The translations under genes and the position numbers were made by a program. The notes below the pieces were generated by a model, which was not told the DNA's origin, did no database searches, and saw nothing but the letters and a program-made list of their open reading frames with translations. Source: Octopus sinensis (lineage: Eukaryota). Taken from it: 64,000 nucleotides of DNA. Below are positions 27,324 through 42,269 of the stretch, piece after piece; positions within the stretch are counted from its first letter, which is position 1, and each line of letters opens with the position of its first letter. The stretch spans positions 15,500,001-15,564,000 of the forward strand of contig NC_042998.1 in the NCBI RefSeq assembly GCF_006345805.1. The letters run 5' to 3'.

Positions 27324-27702
27324 GGAAGCACTCCGTCGGTTACGACGACGAGGGTTCCGGCTGATCCGATCAACGGAACAGCCTACTCGTGAAATTAACG
27401 TGTAAGTGGCTGAGCACTCCACAGACACGTGTACCCTTAACGCAGTTCTCGGGGATATTCAGCGTGACACAGAGAGTGACAAGGCCGGCCCTTTGAAATA
27501 CAGGTACAACAGAAACAGGAAGTAAGAGTGAAAGTTGTGGTGAAAGAGTACAGCAGGGATCACCACCATCCCCTGCCGGAGCCTCGTGGAGCTTTAGGTG
27601 TTTTCACTCAATAAACACTCACAACGCCCGGTCTGGGAATCGAAACCGCGATCCTATGACTGTGAATCCGCTGCCCTAACCACTGGGCCATTTCGCCTCC
27701 AC
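27324..27702 (-). mobile_element. SINE group C, tail type 2, full length with 12-bp TSD
   Basis: Head tggcccagtggttagggcagcgg...ggtttcgattccc; gttgtgtaggtt at 27312-27323 and 27704-27715. Confidence 0.92.
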
Positions 27703-28299
27703 TGTTGTGTAGGTTAATCATGAACACGATACATTCCGTGACCCACCACATAATTTTCCATTCGTCATTATTTGACCAATAAAAGAACAGAATCACTCAT
27801 CAAGTATTACCCGACGGAACTCATTCGTTTCTGTTAAATAAGGTTAAGATCGTTATATTTGTAGATATTCTTTTTCTGTTAAATTTCGGATCTCAGCGAT
27901 GTTAAGTTTACTAAATTTTCCAGTATACCGATATATAACATTTGGATTTGATTAGTGACGAAGAAGTTGATTTGTGAATAAAGACTGACAGAGAATAACG
28001 GATGAATTAACGTTAAGTAAGAAAAAGAGGTTTTAATGGTAAGGTGATTGACTGGGAACTTATCAATTTTGATCTTAGCTGCCTGTCGTTGCTGAGTGAT
28101 TAAATATATGTTATCATGTAGATGTGTAAAATAGCCATCAATTGTCGCACCCACACACAGTCAATCTCTCTTTCTCTTTCTGTCTCTCTCTCCCTCTCTC
28201 TCGCTCTCTCTCTCACACACATACACACACAAAGATCCACGTATCAACAAAGTCATACTCGAACCACTGAGAGATGAATATCAATTTAATACTTATACC

Positions 28300-28995
28300 A
28301 AAAGAGCTACTAACAGTTTCATGTTTTTATGACACTTGAACAGCCATATTTATAAAATAGGTCTTGTATCTTAAAGCAAGCTTTCAGGCTCCGTTTATGA
28401 GTTATATACATATTTTAAAAACAAAGACGCAGTACAGTGAGGTTACGAAAAACGTAGATAAGAAATTTGTGTGTTTTTTAGATAAACGTTTTCCAATACA
28501 TCATAAATACAGGAACATTTTTTAACACTCGGTAAAAATATCATAAAGTTATAATATCAAGAACATTATAACTCGCAAAAATCATCAAGAGACGACTCCC
28601 GATTGTGAATGCCGAGAACTTGAAGCTTCCACACTTGACAAGGCGCGTGCGATATACTCTGCCATATACATGGCTGTTGCTACACTCATCCTCCATGACA
28701 AACCAATGGAAAAGAACGCGAATTCAAGGGATGTTATGCAAACCTATCATTTTTCTGGTACATCAATAAAGGTAATGCAGCTAAGTTGGCTAGCCACTAG
28801 TGCAATTTGAAGAGCGGCTTCACACAACATACAATTAAGTGGAGCATTGTGTTGAAATCCTAGCCAGATCTAAAAAATGCAAATTATGCGTACCATAAAA
28901 GTCTCATATTCTTCTTCTATCCAGAAATTTAAACACTGTTTAATTCGAGATTTGAAGCATTTAGCACGTGTAGACACATGAAAAGTTTTTTTATC
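28300..28995 (+). mobile_element. Penelope-like element, thumb/linker and GIY-YIG C-terminus, degraded
   Basis: TKNVDKKF, LDKRFPIHHKYRNIF, KWSIV, KKCKLC, LFNSRFEAFSTCRHMKSF. Confidence 0.85.
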
Positions 28996-29284
28996 GAATT
29001 AGGGGGCGCCACCCGCTCTGGATTGAGTTGATGTCTCGTTGGCTTTAACATATTTTATGTCGTTACTCGGTTTCCGTTTCGATTCCTTGTTTTTTTCTCT
29101 CGCTCGCCCGCCGGCAGTCGCCGCCGTTCCGTTCGTTCGTTCTCTCACCATCAAACGTTCGGTTTGTTCCTTACCTGCGTCTAGCCGTCGTCGCTGCCGT
29201 GCGGCTACATGCCTTTGCTCACTCAGCAGGGACGACCTCGTCGCACGTGTCTTCCGCGCTCGCTCGCAGCTTTTTTTGACAGAT

Positions 29285-29560
29285 GCCTCACAAAATAATA
29301 TTGTATACAAATGCACGGTATCAGCTGAGAATTCCAGTTACCTATACATCGGCTCATGCAGCACCACCTTCAAGGTTAGAGTTAGTAGCCACTATTCTAG
29401 ATTTTAATCCCGAGCATGGGCTTTCAGCACTTCCCCATCACAGCTAATCCATGGCCATCCATGGCCAGAAACTAAACTCAATTCTATATAATTTACAACT
29501 GTCTATAATTACTCATAACCGTTTAACGGTTATTACGACAAAAGCGATCTATGCAGGTTA
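29285..29560 (+). mobile_element. Second Penelope-like GIY-YIG fragment (different family)
   Basis: NNIVYKCTVSAENSSYLYIGSCSTTFKVRVSSHYSRF in ORF 29039-29407. Confidence 0.8.
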
Positions 29561-29609
29561 TCTGTAATCTTTTATCATTTATGTATCTCAATCATTAGGC
29601 CGTACACAA

Positions 29610-29642
<33 letters not shown>

Positions 29643-29766
29643 AGACGGGGTCTTTTTGTTTGTGTTTGCCAAATGCATTCGCTAGGCTTTGGTTGACCTA
29701 GGGTTGCAGAAGACACTTCACGAATTGTTTGGGAAGCAAACGTCTTACTACAAAGTACGCCTGCAT

Positions 29767-30199
29767 TTACTCTCTTACTCTTTTACTCTTTTACTTGTTT
29801 CAGTCACTTGACTGCGGCCATGCTGGAGCACCGCCTTTAGTCGAGCAAATCGACCCCGGGACTCATTCTTTGTAAGCCCAGTACTTATTCAATCGGTCTC
29901 TTTTGCCGAACCGCTAAGTGGCGGGGACGTAAACACACCAGCATCGGTTGTCAAGCAATCCTTGGGGGACAAACACACACACACACACAAACTCACACAC
30001 ATACACATATATATATATATGTATATACATATATACGACAGGCTTCTTTCAGTTTCCGTCTACCAAATCCACTCACATGGCATTGGTCGGCCCGGGGCTA
30101 TAGCAGAAGACACTTGCCCAAGATGCCACGCAGTGGGACTGAACCCGGAACCATGTGGTTGGTTAGCAAGCTACTTACCACACAGCCACTCCTGCGCCT
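29767..30199 (-). mobile_element. SINE group B, young full-length copy (an older partial copy lies at ~29640-29762)
   Basis: Near-consensus aggcgcaggagtggctgtgtggtaag head to gactgaaacaagtaaaagag tail. Confidence 0.92.
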
Positions 30200-30869
30200 A
30201 TTTATTCACAATATTTTCAATGTAAAGAGAGTACGGTTAAAGTAAGGTTTTCAGATTTAGTTACCATGTCTTGTAAATGAGTAGCGAGGGAATATGTTTA
30301 AAAATACAGAAATACACGATTAACAAAAAATAGTCATGATATATCAGTTTTAGGCAAGAATTAACTAAAAACATGTTTGTGAAAGCTTTTCAATTCCTAT
30401 TCTGTGTTCTTCATCGCCGAAAAGAAAAATGAAAAATAACTTGAGATGAAATACATCACTTATGTAACGCGGCGAAGGCAGATAAATCTTGTAGCGAGTG
30501 TATAAAACATGTGTGTATATATACGCGTGTGTGAAAGTGTGTGTGCCTGGGGCATGTATGCTTTATAAATACTTCTTATCTAAACGACGTTCATCTCTAT
30601 ATATATGTATAGTAGTATGGAAATGGATCAATAGCATTCATAGTATTCTACAACATGTCCATTTGTTAACATGTATGTTTCTTTGATTATGTTTGATTAG
30701 TACGTAGTGGCAAGCCATACCGAAACTATCATGTCTTCTGGAACAATGGCGGGACGATAGCATGCGATCCGCCCCTCACAGTGATTTTTCAGTGTGCACT
30801 GGCATGAACCAGAGTTATTTCTGCGTTCCGGCGCTCTGATTGATTTTCATCACGTAGGCCAGTTAATCT

Positions 30870-31775
30870 CTAAATCGGACACTGACAGTACTACTAATCT
30901 GAGGCGAGGGACAAAATGTGGAACGAGGTTGTCTTGAATCTCATAAAAATATGGAACTCCCGAATCAGAATCCCACAACTGGAAGCAGTTTAAAATCATA
31001 CGGAGGACAAAGAAATAATCATTAAAAAATGTCATTGCTATATCATCTGCAAATGAGACATAATATTGTAACCAGGACAGCGTATAATTAGATCTTCCGG
31101 GAGGATAACCCCGAGGCCAAAGAAATAAGAACCTACAGGATGGTAGAGGCCATAGCCACTCATAATAAGGAGTACTGATGGAATGTGTCACTGAAAACCT
31201 GAATAAAATACAAAATATAAACATAGTAGACCTGGCATAGTGATATGAGTCAAGAAGAAATATTGTGTACTATTGCGCAAATCAACTATCCAGCACATCT
31301 TAACATATAGCTAAAAATCAATGAAAAAGAAAATACCTACATTTTAGTATTGAGAAATTTACAGTTACACTATCTAGAAAATAAGTTCAGGTTTTTACCT
31401 GTAATTATTGGGGCAGTGGCATATGTAACACAGTGCCTGAATACCAATCACGAGAACTTAAGTTTTTCAAAACAAAAAGGAGGAAGGTGATTCAAAGACT
31501 AGAGATTCCAGGAATCACTGGACCTGTAAAAATTTGTAAAATTTCCAGCTATCATTTGAAGTACATATGCGCATCTCTGGACGTGCATGTATATGCACGA
31601 GAATACCTATATAAAGCAAAACATACAATATGCACATGCACTGACACCAAATATTGCACATATACTCACATACATGGAAACATAGCCTGCTAGTGTTGTT
31701 GAAATTCCAGTGAAGGTGGTTTTAGATCTAGGTTAAAAACCGGCCCAGTCTTAATTGGCAAGAAACAAACATACA
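30870..31775 (+). mobile_element. R4/Dong-like (RLE endonuclease) non-LTR retrotransposon 3' fragment with probable 3' UTR
   Basis: MRHNIV, EY*WNV, KHSRPGIVI (RPDIV-like), YPAHLNI, KFRFLPVIIGA, GPVKICK. Confidence 0.7.
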
Positions 31776-31941
31776 TATAGGGATTTGTGTAATTATACAT
31801 AAGCGAGTGTGCGTGTATGCTTGTGCGCGTGTGCATCTGAATATGTATATATATATATGTATATATATGTATATATACCTATACATATATATACATATTA
31901 TATACACACACACGCACACACACACACACCACACACACACA

Positions 31942-31985
<44 letters not shown>

Positions 31986-32008
31986 ATATATATATATATG
32001 TACGTATA

Positions 32009-32048
<40 letters not shown>

Positions 32049-32529
32049 TTATTAGAGACAAAACATATATCTCGATGTAGATTCGAGTATTTTGATCGGA
32101 CGTTTGTATTTGATGGCTATGCGGAAATGTATATGGTTCTACGTTTCGGCAAAACCCAATATCAATAACAATATCAAATTCACATGATAATTAGATTGGT
32201 TTTTCACATAGCTGTTTGATTGTTTGTAGCAATATCTTCAGACATCTGTGACGTCCTCGCTGATATCCCTGCATCTTTTTTCTGTTTTCATATCCTGGAA
32301 TTTGTGTGCACAAAGATCAGTGAGCAAGTCACAAAAGAATTTGATTCTATGGAAAAAGTAAATCAACCGAAGAAAAACACATAAATATGAAAATAAGTGT
32401 GTGTGTTTTAATTATCTGGAAACATAACTGCCACAAAATATCATTTAAAACATATATGTGTCCGGAGGCAGACACATACAGAAACACACGCATGCACAAA
32501 TACTCTCTATCCACACACACACACACACA

Positions 32530-32561
<32 letters not shown>

Positions 32562-33901
32562 AAACACAGAGAAACACACAAAACACACACACAAACACAC
32601 TCACACCACACACACACACACACACACACGTACGTATCGCTATAACTCTCAGGAACATTCCATTCCTCTATCAAGAATACATAGATACATACATACATAC
32701 ATACATACATACATGAATACCCACATATTTGAGATGTGGTACACATTCATATATATATATATATATATATATACCATAGATAGATAGATACATACATAGA
32801 TAGATAGATATATAGATAGATAGATAGATATATATTAATATATATATAGATAGATAGATAGTTAAATAGATAGATAGTTAAATAGATAGATAGATACTTA
32901 ATAGATTGATAGATAGATAACATACGAATACTGCCACATCCATATACGTTTGTATATGTATCTCCATAAATTTATACATCCGATTGTGCGCATGTGTGTA
33001 TATGTACGCATATATGCACATGTGTGCGTTTACGGATGTTTTTTTATGTATATATGCATGCATAGACATATATATATATATATATACATACATATATATA
33101 TGTATGTGTATACGTATGTGTGTGTGTACGCGGATGTTTGTATGTATATATGCATGCATAGACTTATGTATACTTCAAAAGGAAGGTTCAGTAATAAATC
33201 ACGCATATGTTTGTATTTCGGCTGTAATTATGCACTTATATTTACGTGGATTGTATGCTTATGTAAGTTATATGTATAAGTTATCTGGCAAACAAAAGTA
33301 ACAAAGAGAAACGGGACAAAAATATAACAACGAAAAATAAAAAAAAAAAGTATCAAACAGGCAAATACAAGACCAAAAAAAGAAAACGAGAAAAATAAAT
33401 TCTGCTAACAATATATACTAAAAACAAAACGAATACTTTTCAGATCGTTGTATTTCATTCTAATGGATACCTTCTGAATGGTTGAATTGAAAGCTGAAAC
33501 GTAAAAGAATTAGCCATTAAAAGTTCAGTAAGCAAAACTACAATAACCAAACACAGAAAATAACTATAAATCATGAAAGATAATACAGTATAATTAAAAT
33601 ACATTAGCAGAACTTATTATTAAAGAAGTTTAAGTTACTTAAATTTATCATTGCTCTCTCTTAAAGCCCATCACGAGACATTTTTATTGATGTGACGTGA
33701 TATAAAAGAAACAAATAATAAAAAAGCTTACAATGATATAAAATTTAAATATAGAAATATAACATAACAAATATACAACTGTGGCGTATTATCATGCGTT
33801 TCATTCTCAATGTGAAGATTTAAATTTCACAAAATGCGTAGAAATTTAAAAACCGATAATATATCAATAGATAATTATCTGTATTATATAAGTCTGTTTT
33901 C

Positions 33902-33949
<48 letters not shown>

Positions 33950-34125
33950 TACTGTATCTCTCACTGTATATAAAAATACAAATGCACACACTCATATATA
34001 CTTATACTCGCGTAATTATACATACATATTTATATATATATATGTAATTATATGTATATATATATATATATACAAATGTATATTCATAATTATATATATA
34101 TATACATATATATACACACACATAT

Positions 34126-34157
<32 letters not shown>

Positions 34158-34382
34158 CCATTTGTGTGAGTGAGTGTTGGTATATAAATCCATACACTCA
34201 TACCCATTACAGATGTATATACGTAAACATGTTGTATACATACTCTTCTATATTTCCAAACCCTCTCTCTCTCTCATTTATCTGTTTCTCATTCACATGC
34301 AGAAATACATAATTGCATATATAGAAATACCCATGCATATACATTTTTCTTAAATATATATCTACATACATATATATATATT

Positions 34383-34419
<37 letters not shown>

Positions 34420-34433
34420 CTCATATGCATGTA

Positions 34434-34476
<43 letters not shown>

Positions 34477-34545
34477 GTATACATGTCATGTATCTATCTG
34501 TATATCTATCTTTCTATCTATCTATCTATCTATCTATCCATATAC

Positions 34546-34612
<67 letters not shown>

Positions 34613-35559
34613 CAGAAAGAGAATCGGAAAAAGAAAGACAGAGAGAGAAATGGAAGGAGAGAGAGAGAGAGTGGAAAGGGCGAATAAGACAGACGGAAAG
34701 ACACAAATATAGATGTAGATATGATAAAAATGATTTTCTTACTCGTTACATATACATATATGTCTGTACGTGTGTTTGTGCGTAAGGTTCTATATACAAC
34801 TGTTTTCTCTATGTAACATAAATAATCCTAGATTTCAAAAGATGTAGTCAAGTAAAAGCCATTAGCATCGTTGATCAATAGACTCACCTAATAACAAAAG
34901 GCCAAATGAAATGTCTATCCAGAAATTTACATATGAAATAATTGACAATTGAAATCATTTCCGCGGATATTTATAGCCGAGCTAGAAAGGACAAAATATA
35001 CTCTCTTAGATTGCACTGAAGTACCTAAAAAATAATTTACCATTGTTATACAATAAAATGAAAATAAGAACAAGAAAACAAACTACCAACGAAAAGATAT
35101 AAAATAAAACAGAATCATTTTAATTAACATAACTGATATGAATAACTATAATTCACTCATTCCTGGATGTTATCTTTGATAGAAAAAAAATTTCATTAAT
35201 TTGTTTCCGTTCTTTTAAAAAAGATTTTTGCTTTACTTTTTTTCCAAAGTAATTTTTGCTTTGTATTTTTCCTGAGTAAAATATTAAAATAAAATTTCAT
35301 ATAATATTGAAGACGCGTGAATATAGCTGTTGTTAATAAGTATAAAGAATACAAAATATGACCATTTGTTAGAATGTTTTCTTATTTTAACACAAGGCAT
35401 CATATTTTTGTGTGGGAAGCAGCTGTTATAAGTAATAAATTCAGTTGGAGCGCGCTTATAAATTCAAACATCAGGTACGACAAAATTTGTGCAATGAAAT
35501 TTAGTGGGGCAAAGTAACTTCTCCAGCCACTTGCACTCCTCTAATGCTGAACTAACCGT

Positions 35560-36310
35560 GGAAACGGAACAGCTGTAACGTGCTTAAGGTAGCTGTAGTG
35601 AAACAAGTGTAGCTGATCTTGACAGAGCAACAACATTTGATAGTGACTGACATGATAGTTTCATTTACAAAATGAAACCATATGAAATTTCTGGGAAACT
35701 AATTATGTTCTTTGAATATTATCTAAAATTGCATAGCTTTAAAGATGATTTTAGTGACTAGCGTTCTTGTATTTCTCCATATCGTATGGTGTTCTTCAAG
35801 GTTCTATTCTTTTTCCTATCTTGTTATTAGTTCTCATTTACGATATGTGTAATGATTCCATTTTCACCCCTGCTGTCTGTGTGATGATGATTCCTCGTGG
35901 TTCGTAAAATAATATTGGTTCATCTGATTGGTTGAAAATGCTTGCTTCACTGGAGCTTATCTCACATTTGATAACAAATTATTGCGTTCCGTGTTTGGTC
36001 GCATTTCAAATTTGAGCTCTTTCCCATTAATCGATACTGGATCTTTTCTGACAGGCAGAATTCTATGCCTGGCGTGCCCCTCTGCAAGTATTGTAGTCAT
36101 CAGGTTTTATGCTTCTATCTACCTAAAGATTTTCAAAATGTCAGACCTATAGTGAATTATGCCATAATGAATTATTGGGTCTTGATATCGAGCTCATTCT
36201 TATCGTCCGTTGCTGTTCGGCTGCATTTCCTCATTGTCATATCATTTTAAGATCTGTTCTGTCAACTAATATTTTTATTCTTGGTGTCGCCTCCTGAAAA
36301 ATGTGTAATA
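35560..36310 (+). pseudogene. Old CR1/L2/Jockey-like RT remnant
   Basis: TFDS..HDSFIYKMKPYEISGKL, YGVLQGSILFPILL, VRPIVNYA in the expected order and spacing. Confidence 0.65.
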
Positions 36311-36552
36311 GCGTTGTGTATTTACTCGAAGATCCAAAATATGAAATATTGATCTTTCTACGTGTATCCAAAATAAATACTACTGCAACACTTTTAAATC
36401 TTGCACGGATTGATATTAATATATTTTTGTATTGAAGCTTACTTGCCGCATTCTTTAGTGAGTGATATCTTAAAATAATAGTATTATTTTCTCCATACCA
36501 TTTGTAGTGACCATGAAAACATTTAGACAAGGTAAATTAAACAAGGTAAATT

Positions 36553-36980
36553 AGGCGCAGGAGTGGCTGTGTGGTAAGTAGCTTGCTAACCAACCACATG
36601 GTTCCAGGTTCAGTCCCACTGCGTGGCATCTTGGGTAAGTGTCTTCTGCTATAGCCCCGGGCCGACCAATGCCTTGTGAGTGGATTTGGTAGACGGAAAC
36701 TGAACGAAACCTGTCGTATATATGTGCATATCTATATGTATATGTATGTATGTGTATGTGTTTGAGTACCTGTGTTTGTACCTCTAGCATTGCTTGACCA
36801 CCGATGCTGGTGTGTTTACGTCCTCGTCACTTAGCGGTTCGGCAAAAGAGACCGATAGAATAAGTACTGGGCTTACAAAGAATAAGTCCCGGGGTCGATT
36901 TGCTCGACTAAAGGCGGTGCTCTAGCATGGCCGCAGTCAAATGACTGAAACAAGTAAAAGAGTAAAAGAGTATAAAAGAG
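36553..36980 (+). mobile_element. SINE group B, young full-length copy
   Basis: aggcgcaggagtggctgtgtggtaag...cagtcaaatgactgaaacaagtaaaagagtaaaagag. Confidence 0.92.
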
Positions 36981-37970
36981 TAAACTAAGTGCTAATTCAT
37001 GGATTTACATAACTTTAGATTGCTTAAGTTATTTCCTTTGGTCCAGTTTGAATTACAAGACATAGTTTAGGTACGTAATATAGGAAACCTATTTTAAAGT
37101 CGACAAAAATAATTTATCCGATATTTTCGATATAAAATATTGTATGATTATTGAGTGAGTAGGTTTGCGATATCCATATTTTCCAGCAGTGACCTGATCA
37201 AATCGAAACGCATACACTACTGTCATGCTCCCTATTAACAAAGATAAGATACTCCCTTAAGCATGAAAATTAATTTCTAAAACTGAATCGTAATTTATGT
37301 AAATTATCTATTTGTGGGTCAGTAACAATTCCCATTTCTATTTGTTTTCTATTTCAAGCTAAGGGGGAAATTTCAATTCATTAAAAATTGTTTTATTAGA
37401 TCATTCAGTATAGACATAACATAAATACATACATACCCACGTGTACATACTTACATGTGGTGTATCATACATTTTATATACGTGTGTGTGTGTATTATAA
37501 TTAATATGTCACGCGCACATATATGTGTAGATTTATATGTATGTGTGCGTCACCATATACTCCGTTTCATGTACCATGCATATATACACAAATATCGTAC
37601 CATACTGTTTTAATTACTATCTCTTGCCCTTCGGCTTCCTTTCCATTATTGTCTCCTTCTTTGACTCTTTCCCCCCCTTCTCACCCTGCCATTATTCCTC
37701 TCTGAATCTCTCCCCCTTTCTTCATTATGCAGTTAACGTATTTATTCATGTACTTGATGCTCATGCCTTGTAACTCCCTCCCATACGTTTCATTAATATT
37801 TCTCTCACTTTCTTAGACTTGTATTTTCTAATTATACTTTTTCCCCTTCATACACTCTGAATTAAAATTAATAGGGAAAGTGAAATTAAAAATAGTGAAA
37901 AAGAAAAAAAATCCCACATCAAACCAGTGTTTATTATCTACAATATATAACTACATACACACACACACAC

Positions 37971-38048
<78 letters not shown>

Positions 38049-39224
38049 CTATATTTATATGCATCCATACATGAATATACATATACGCACTCACACACAC
38101 AGATATATATATATTATATACACGCACACATATGGTGTGTGCGTATGTATCATATGTATGGCTCTTTGAATGTATGTGTGTCGCATTTCTAAAGTGAAAG
38201 TAATCAAATATTGTGAAATTGAAAAACTAAAAAAAAACACACTAAAAATAATAATAATAATAAAATAATAAGCAACTAGATTACAAAGGAAATTACTATT
38301 TTATCTTTTTAAACGAATCTATCTACAAAATTATTATTGGAAAATAACTATAAATATAAATGATATCGAAAGCTCTTCAGGAGCTATGGACAGACTGTGG
38401 GCCCTATAATACTCAGAGTATTAGGGACACCACTACAGACTACTATTCATGAAACGTATATAGGTCAGTTAAAACGTAATGTAATATCCCTTTCATCCTT
38501 CAAATTTTAATCTTTTCTCCTTCTTGCGAATTTCTTTCCTGTGACAGTTTTCGCTTTTTGTTGATTGTAGTGAAAGCAACAATTCTGATGAATAATGAAA
38601 GATAATAAAGATATCTCGTGTACGCAAATATTTGAAATAGTGCAATAGACTGAAATTATTTTGTTGCAGTTGTTTAACCTGCAGGTTTGGTCTGATGAAT
38701 GAAGTTTTGGTTAGAAGAATTTCAATTGTGATTTTGATGGTTTTATATTTCTGGGTTAGTCTATCTAGTACACAGTCATTCTGAACTCTCTCTCTCTCTT
38801 TTCAAAAGTGTAATTTGTGGTATGAGTCAGATTTACTAGTTTATTATGTCGCACGTAGAAATATCTCCACGCTGTCGTTTACTTGATGTCTATCTCATCG
38901 ATTATCCTCTTTGATCTGCATAGCCTCCATTCGCAATGTACGCCAATGTACGCAGAACTGATCATGAAGAACAGAGGAGATTGAGAAAAAGAATACCAAG
39001 CGGCAAAGCAGCTAGATTAGAATTATCCTTACAGCCGATGCATAGGTTCTGCTTATTTTTAATCGAATTTCTTAGGCCACACAATGGTAATTACGCAATC
39101 GATGTGGACACCCTGCCCAATTTTACAAGTCTTCGTAAACACAAGATATGATTTATAGGTGTTAACTATCAGCTCCGCCTGATTAGTCCTAAACAAACTG
39201 TATTGATACGTTTAAATATTTGTT

Positions 39225-39385
39225 GTGCAACATTTTTTATGTGAAGTCGTGTGATGAAATAAGATTAAGATTAATGTAAAAAATAAATAACACTGAAGCA
39301 AAATAACACCAAATATATAGTGCGCGTGTTTTTATTGGCTGAACTGGCAAAATGAACATTCCGAAATATAACAAAAACTGTATTG
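39225..39385. repeat. Single-arm copy of the repeat that is palindromic at 60174-60409
   Basis: agattaagattaatgtaaaaaataaataacactgaagc...cattccgaaatataacaa is nearly identical to 60297-60409. Confidence 0.85.
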
Positions 39386-39949
39386 AAACTAAGATTAACG
39401 CATAATTATGTTGCTTCATTTTAAATCCCTGTATGTTAGCCAATATTCACTTGTTAGCTTATATTAGCAAACTCAAAGATCGCAGTAGGATTCTGTCATA
39501 TAAAAATAATTCCGCTCTCTTATTTGTTAGGTGAGTGCACTTGCAACGAAAGCAGCTGAAATGGCAGGATAGCACCCCTAAATTGATCAGGTTATGATCT
39601 GTTACTATATTAATGCAGACTTATTGAGCAGCAATTGGGAACGACCGGCTTTAAGGAGTATGTCTCGTTTAATCATGAAAAAGTACACTTCTTCCTATGT
39701 ACATACTATATTTATTCAAATATGCCCTAAATATTTAAAATGTCATTAATATGTTAGCTTATATTTTTTTATGAATTAACTTAATATTTGTATTTCATGT
39801 AGGAATAATTATCCTAAATCTAGTGACTATGACGAAGTCTGTGTGTTGGTAGACAACGCTGAAACGTTTAAGGACAGCGCATTTCCTCTTAGGACGCTTG
39901 TGCCAGATTTTAAGACAATCATTATTCAAATTTTGCTTTGCTTTTTGTT

Positions 39950-40420
39950 TAAGATGACGATCTGGCGCTATCGTTAGCAAGCGCGGCAAAATGTTTAGCG
40001 ACGTTTCTTTCAGCTCGGTGGTCTGAGTTCAAATTAGGCCGAAGTGGACTCAACCATTCATCCGTCAGGGTCGATAAAATAAGCAGCACTCAAACACTGG
40101 GGTCGATGCAGTCGACTAATATGCTCACCCTAAATTGATACCTTGCGCCTGTATTAGAAACTTATTATTATTATTTGTCATGATAATCATAACAGTTATA
40201 ATTCTTTCTAATTTTGGCTCGCCACCCATTAAGTATTTTTTATAACCTTTGAACAAGGCCAGCAACTTTTAGGAGATGGTCAATTTGATTACATCGACGC
40301 TTTAGGGATGACGGTCTTTCCCGTCATCCTTTAGGGATGACGGGCAAAACCGATCTCATCGAAGTTTTAACCGAGAACAAAAAGACGCGGCGGAAATGCA
40401 GCTGAGATGATTTATAGGAA
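39950..40420. mobile_element. Two degraded SINE group A copies in opposite orientation (~39950-40165 +, ~40230-40420 -)
   Basis: ctgagttcaaattaggccg...gggtcgataaaataag; then gattacatcgac...ggatgacgggcaaaaccgatctc. Confidence 0.6.
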
Positions 40421-42269
40421 CAGATTGTGCATCAAATCACTTTTCAAGATTGACCTTGAATGCCACTTAATGTATGCATTTTTTGTCTGGTGTCTTGTAC
40501 ATAATCTTAAACTGAAGGATTACTTGTATAGTTGGAAGTAGTAAAACAGAATGCTTCATTCATGTCATTGTAATGCCCTAATGTTGGGAAGTCGACAATA
40601 ATTATTTAAAATATAGTTTGAAGTAGGTCGATACATTTCATTGCGGTAAGGAGTGGCGTGACACTCATTTTGAAGAGTTGAAATTTTACAAAAATATGGT
40701 CGTAGATAGCATGAACAATTTATTGGAAACGTCGTTTTCAATAAAACAATGCAAAAGTAATTTGTCTATTTCTGCAGGTTTTCTATTATGCATTCTGAAT
40801 AAAAATTGATATCTATCGATTTATTGGAAAGCAAAAATTAAATCTGTTCGTTATCACTTTCAACCTTCCTAAGTTCATGTCAGGTAGGATATGGTAGCAT
40901 GCGTAGATGCATCTCATCGCTGCATCCACTATTTTTTGCTATCTGCTAAGACCGTTCAAAGCAACCGTCTGTGCAATGTCTTATTGAGTCCCCATTATTT
41001 TGAGATATTTGGTGGCGTGATTAAAAAAAAATATGGCACCAAGTTTGTATTGGTAGATTTACTGAGTTGTGGTAATATTGGTAGATTTACTCAGAGTGAC
41101 CTTTTGCTGTTACCGTAAAACGAAAAGAGGATCCAAACATTTCAGGTATTAGAGAATAACAGAAATTTGCTTTGATGAAATAAAAAAAGAAAAGAAAAAG
41201 AAAAAAAAAACGAAAACTAATGCAGACCATTTTCTGTTCAACTGGAGATCAGAGTCACGTACATTGAACTAACATATTAATTTAAATCATCATGAAGTGA
41301 GGAAGATTCTAAAAGCTTACTGTTTTAAATCTTGAAATGGTGTTTATATTTCATTTGGAAACAGTAGCATTTTCTCTCAACATCTATGTCCTTCCTCTCT
41401 GATAAAAAGCCGATCAGCAAATCTCCATGTGAACACTGGACGAGATCATGAAAAGATTAAACTCATAGATTATTTTGCGTAAGACGAAACATTCAACCCA
41501 ACAATGTATTTATAATATAAACAGACACATTGTACGTTTTGCGGTATACAAAATGGAGGTTAGTGATTCTACTTGTTGCATAGATATTAAAATTTGAAAT
41601 TAACACGAAGCTCTATTTCTGTATGTTTTTCTGTGTATCTCATTTTCCCCTTCATTATTTAATTTTCTTCTTCTTTCACAACCAATGTTTACTTGTAATG
41701 TTCAGTGTATAGATACATCCAGAGGTTTTTTTTTCATTAGGTAGATATGGCTTTGATCATTGTTTAGCAAACAACACTAAGAGATACATCAAAGTAAGCA
41801 CGACCAAAGAAAACATTGATAAGGATGTTTCGAGAATAGTTAAGTGGAAGCATATTGTTAGTAATGAAAGAAATATTCTCGAAACAAGTGATAGAGTAAT
41901 ATACAGAATATATTAACAATTTACGGTGTATACACTATATTGTACAATGAATACATTCAAGCTTATAATGTATATATTAAAATATATAGCGAATACACTA
42001 ATGCTTATAATCTATATATTAAACTGTTCAGTGAATATACTATAGTTATTGGAGGAAGAGTATGTAACAGTGGGATAAATCTAGTGAACGCATAGTCTAT
42101 GTAGTTAATATAATGATATTTCAGGTATTATATATAATATAATGTTATATTATATTATACGTGTGTATGTGTGTGCATGTGTGCGTATGTGTGTGTGTGT
42201 GCATATGTGTGTGTATGTATGTGTGTGTGTGTCATCGATCTTGACAAAACGTAATCACAAAAAGTTGTT

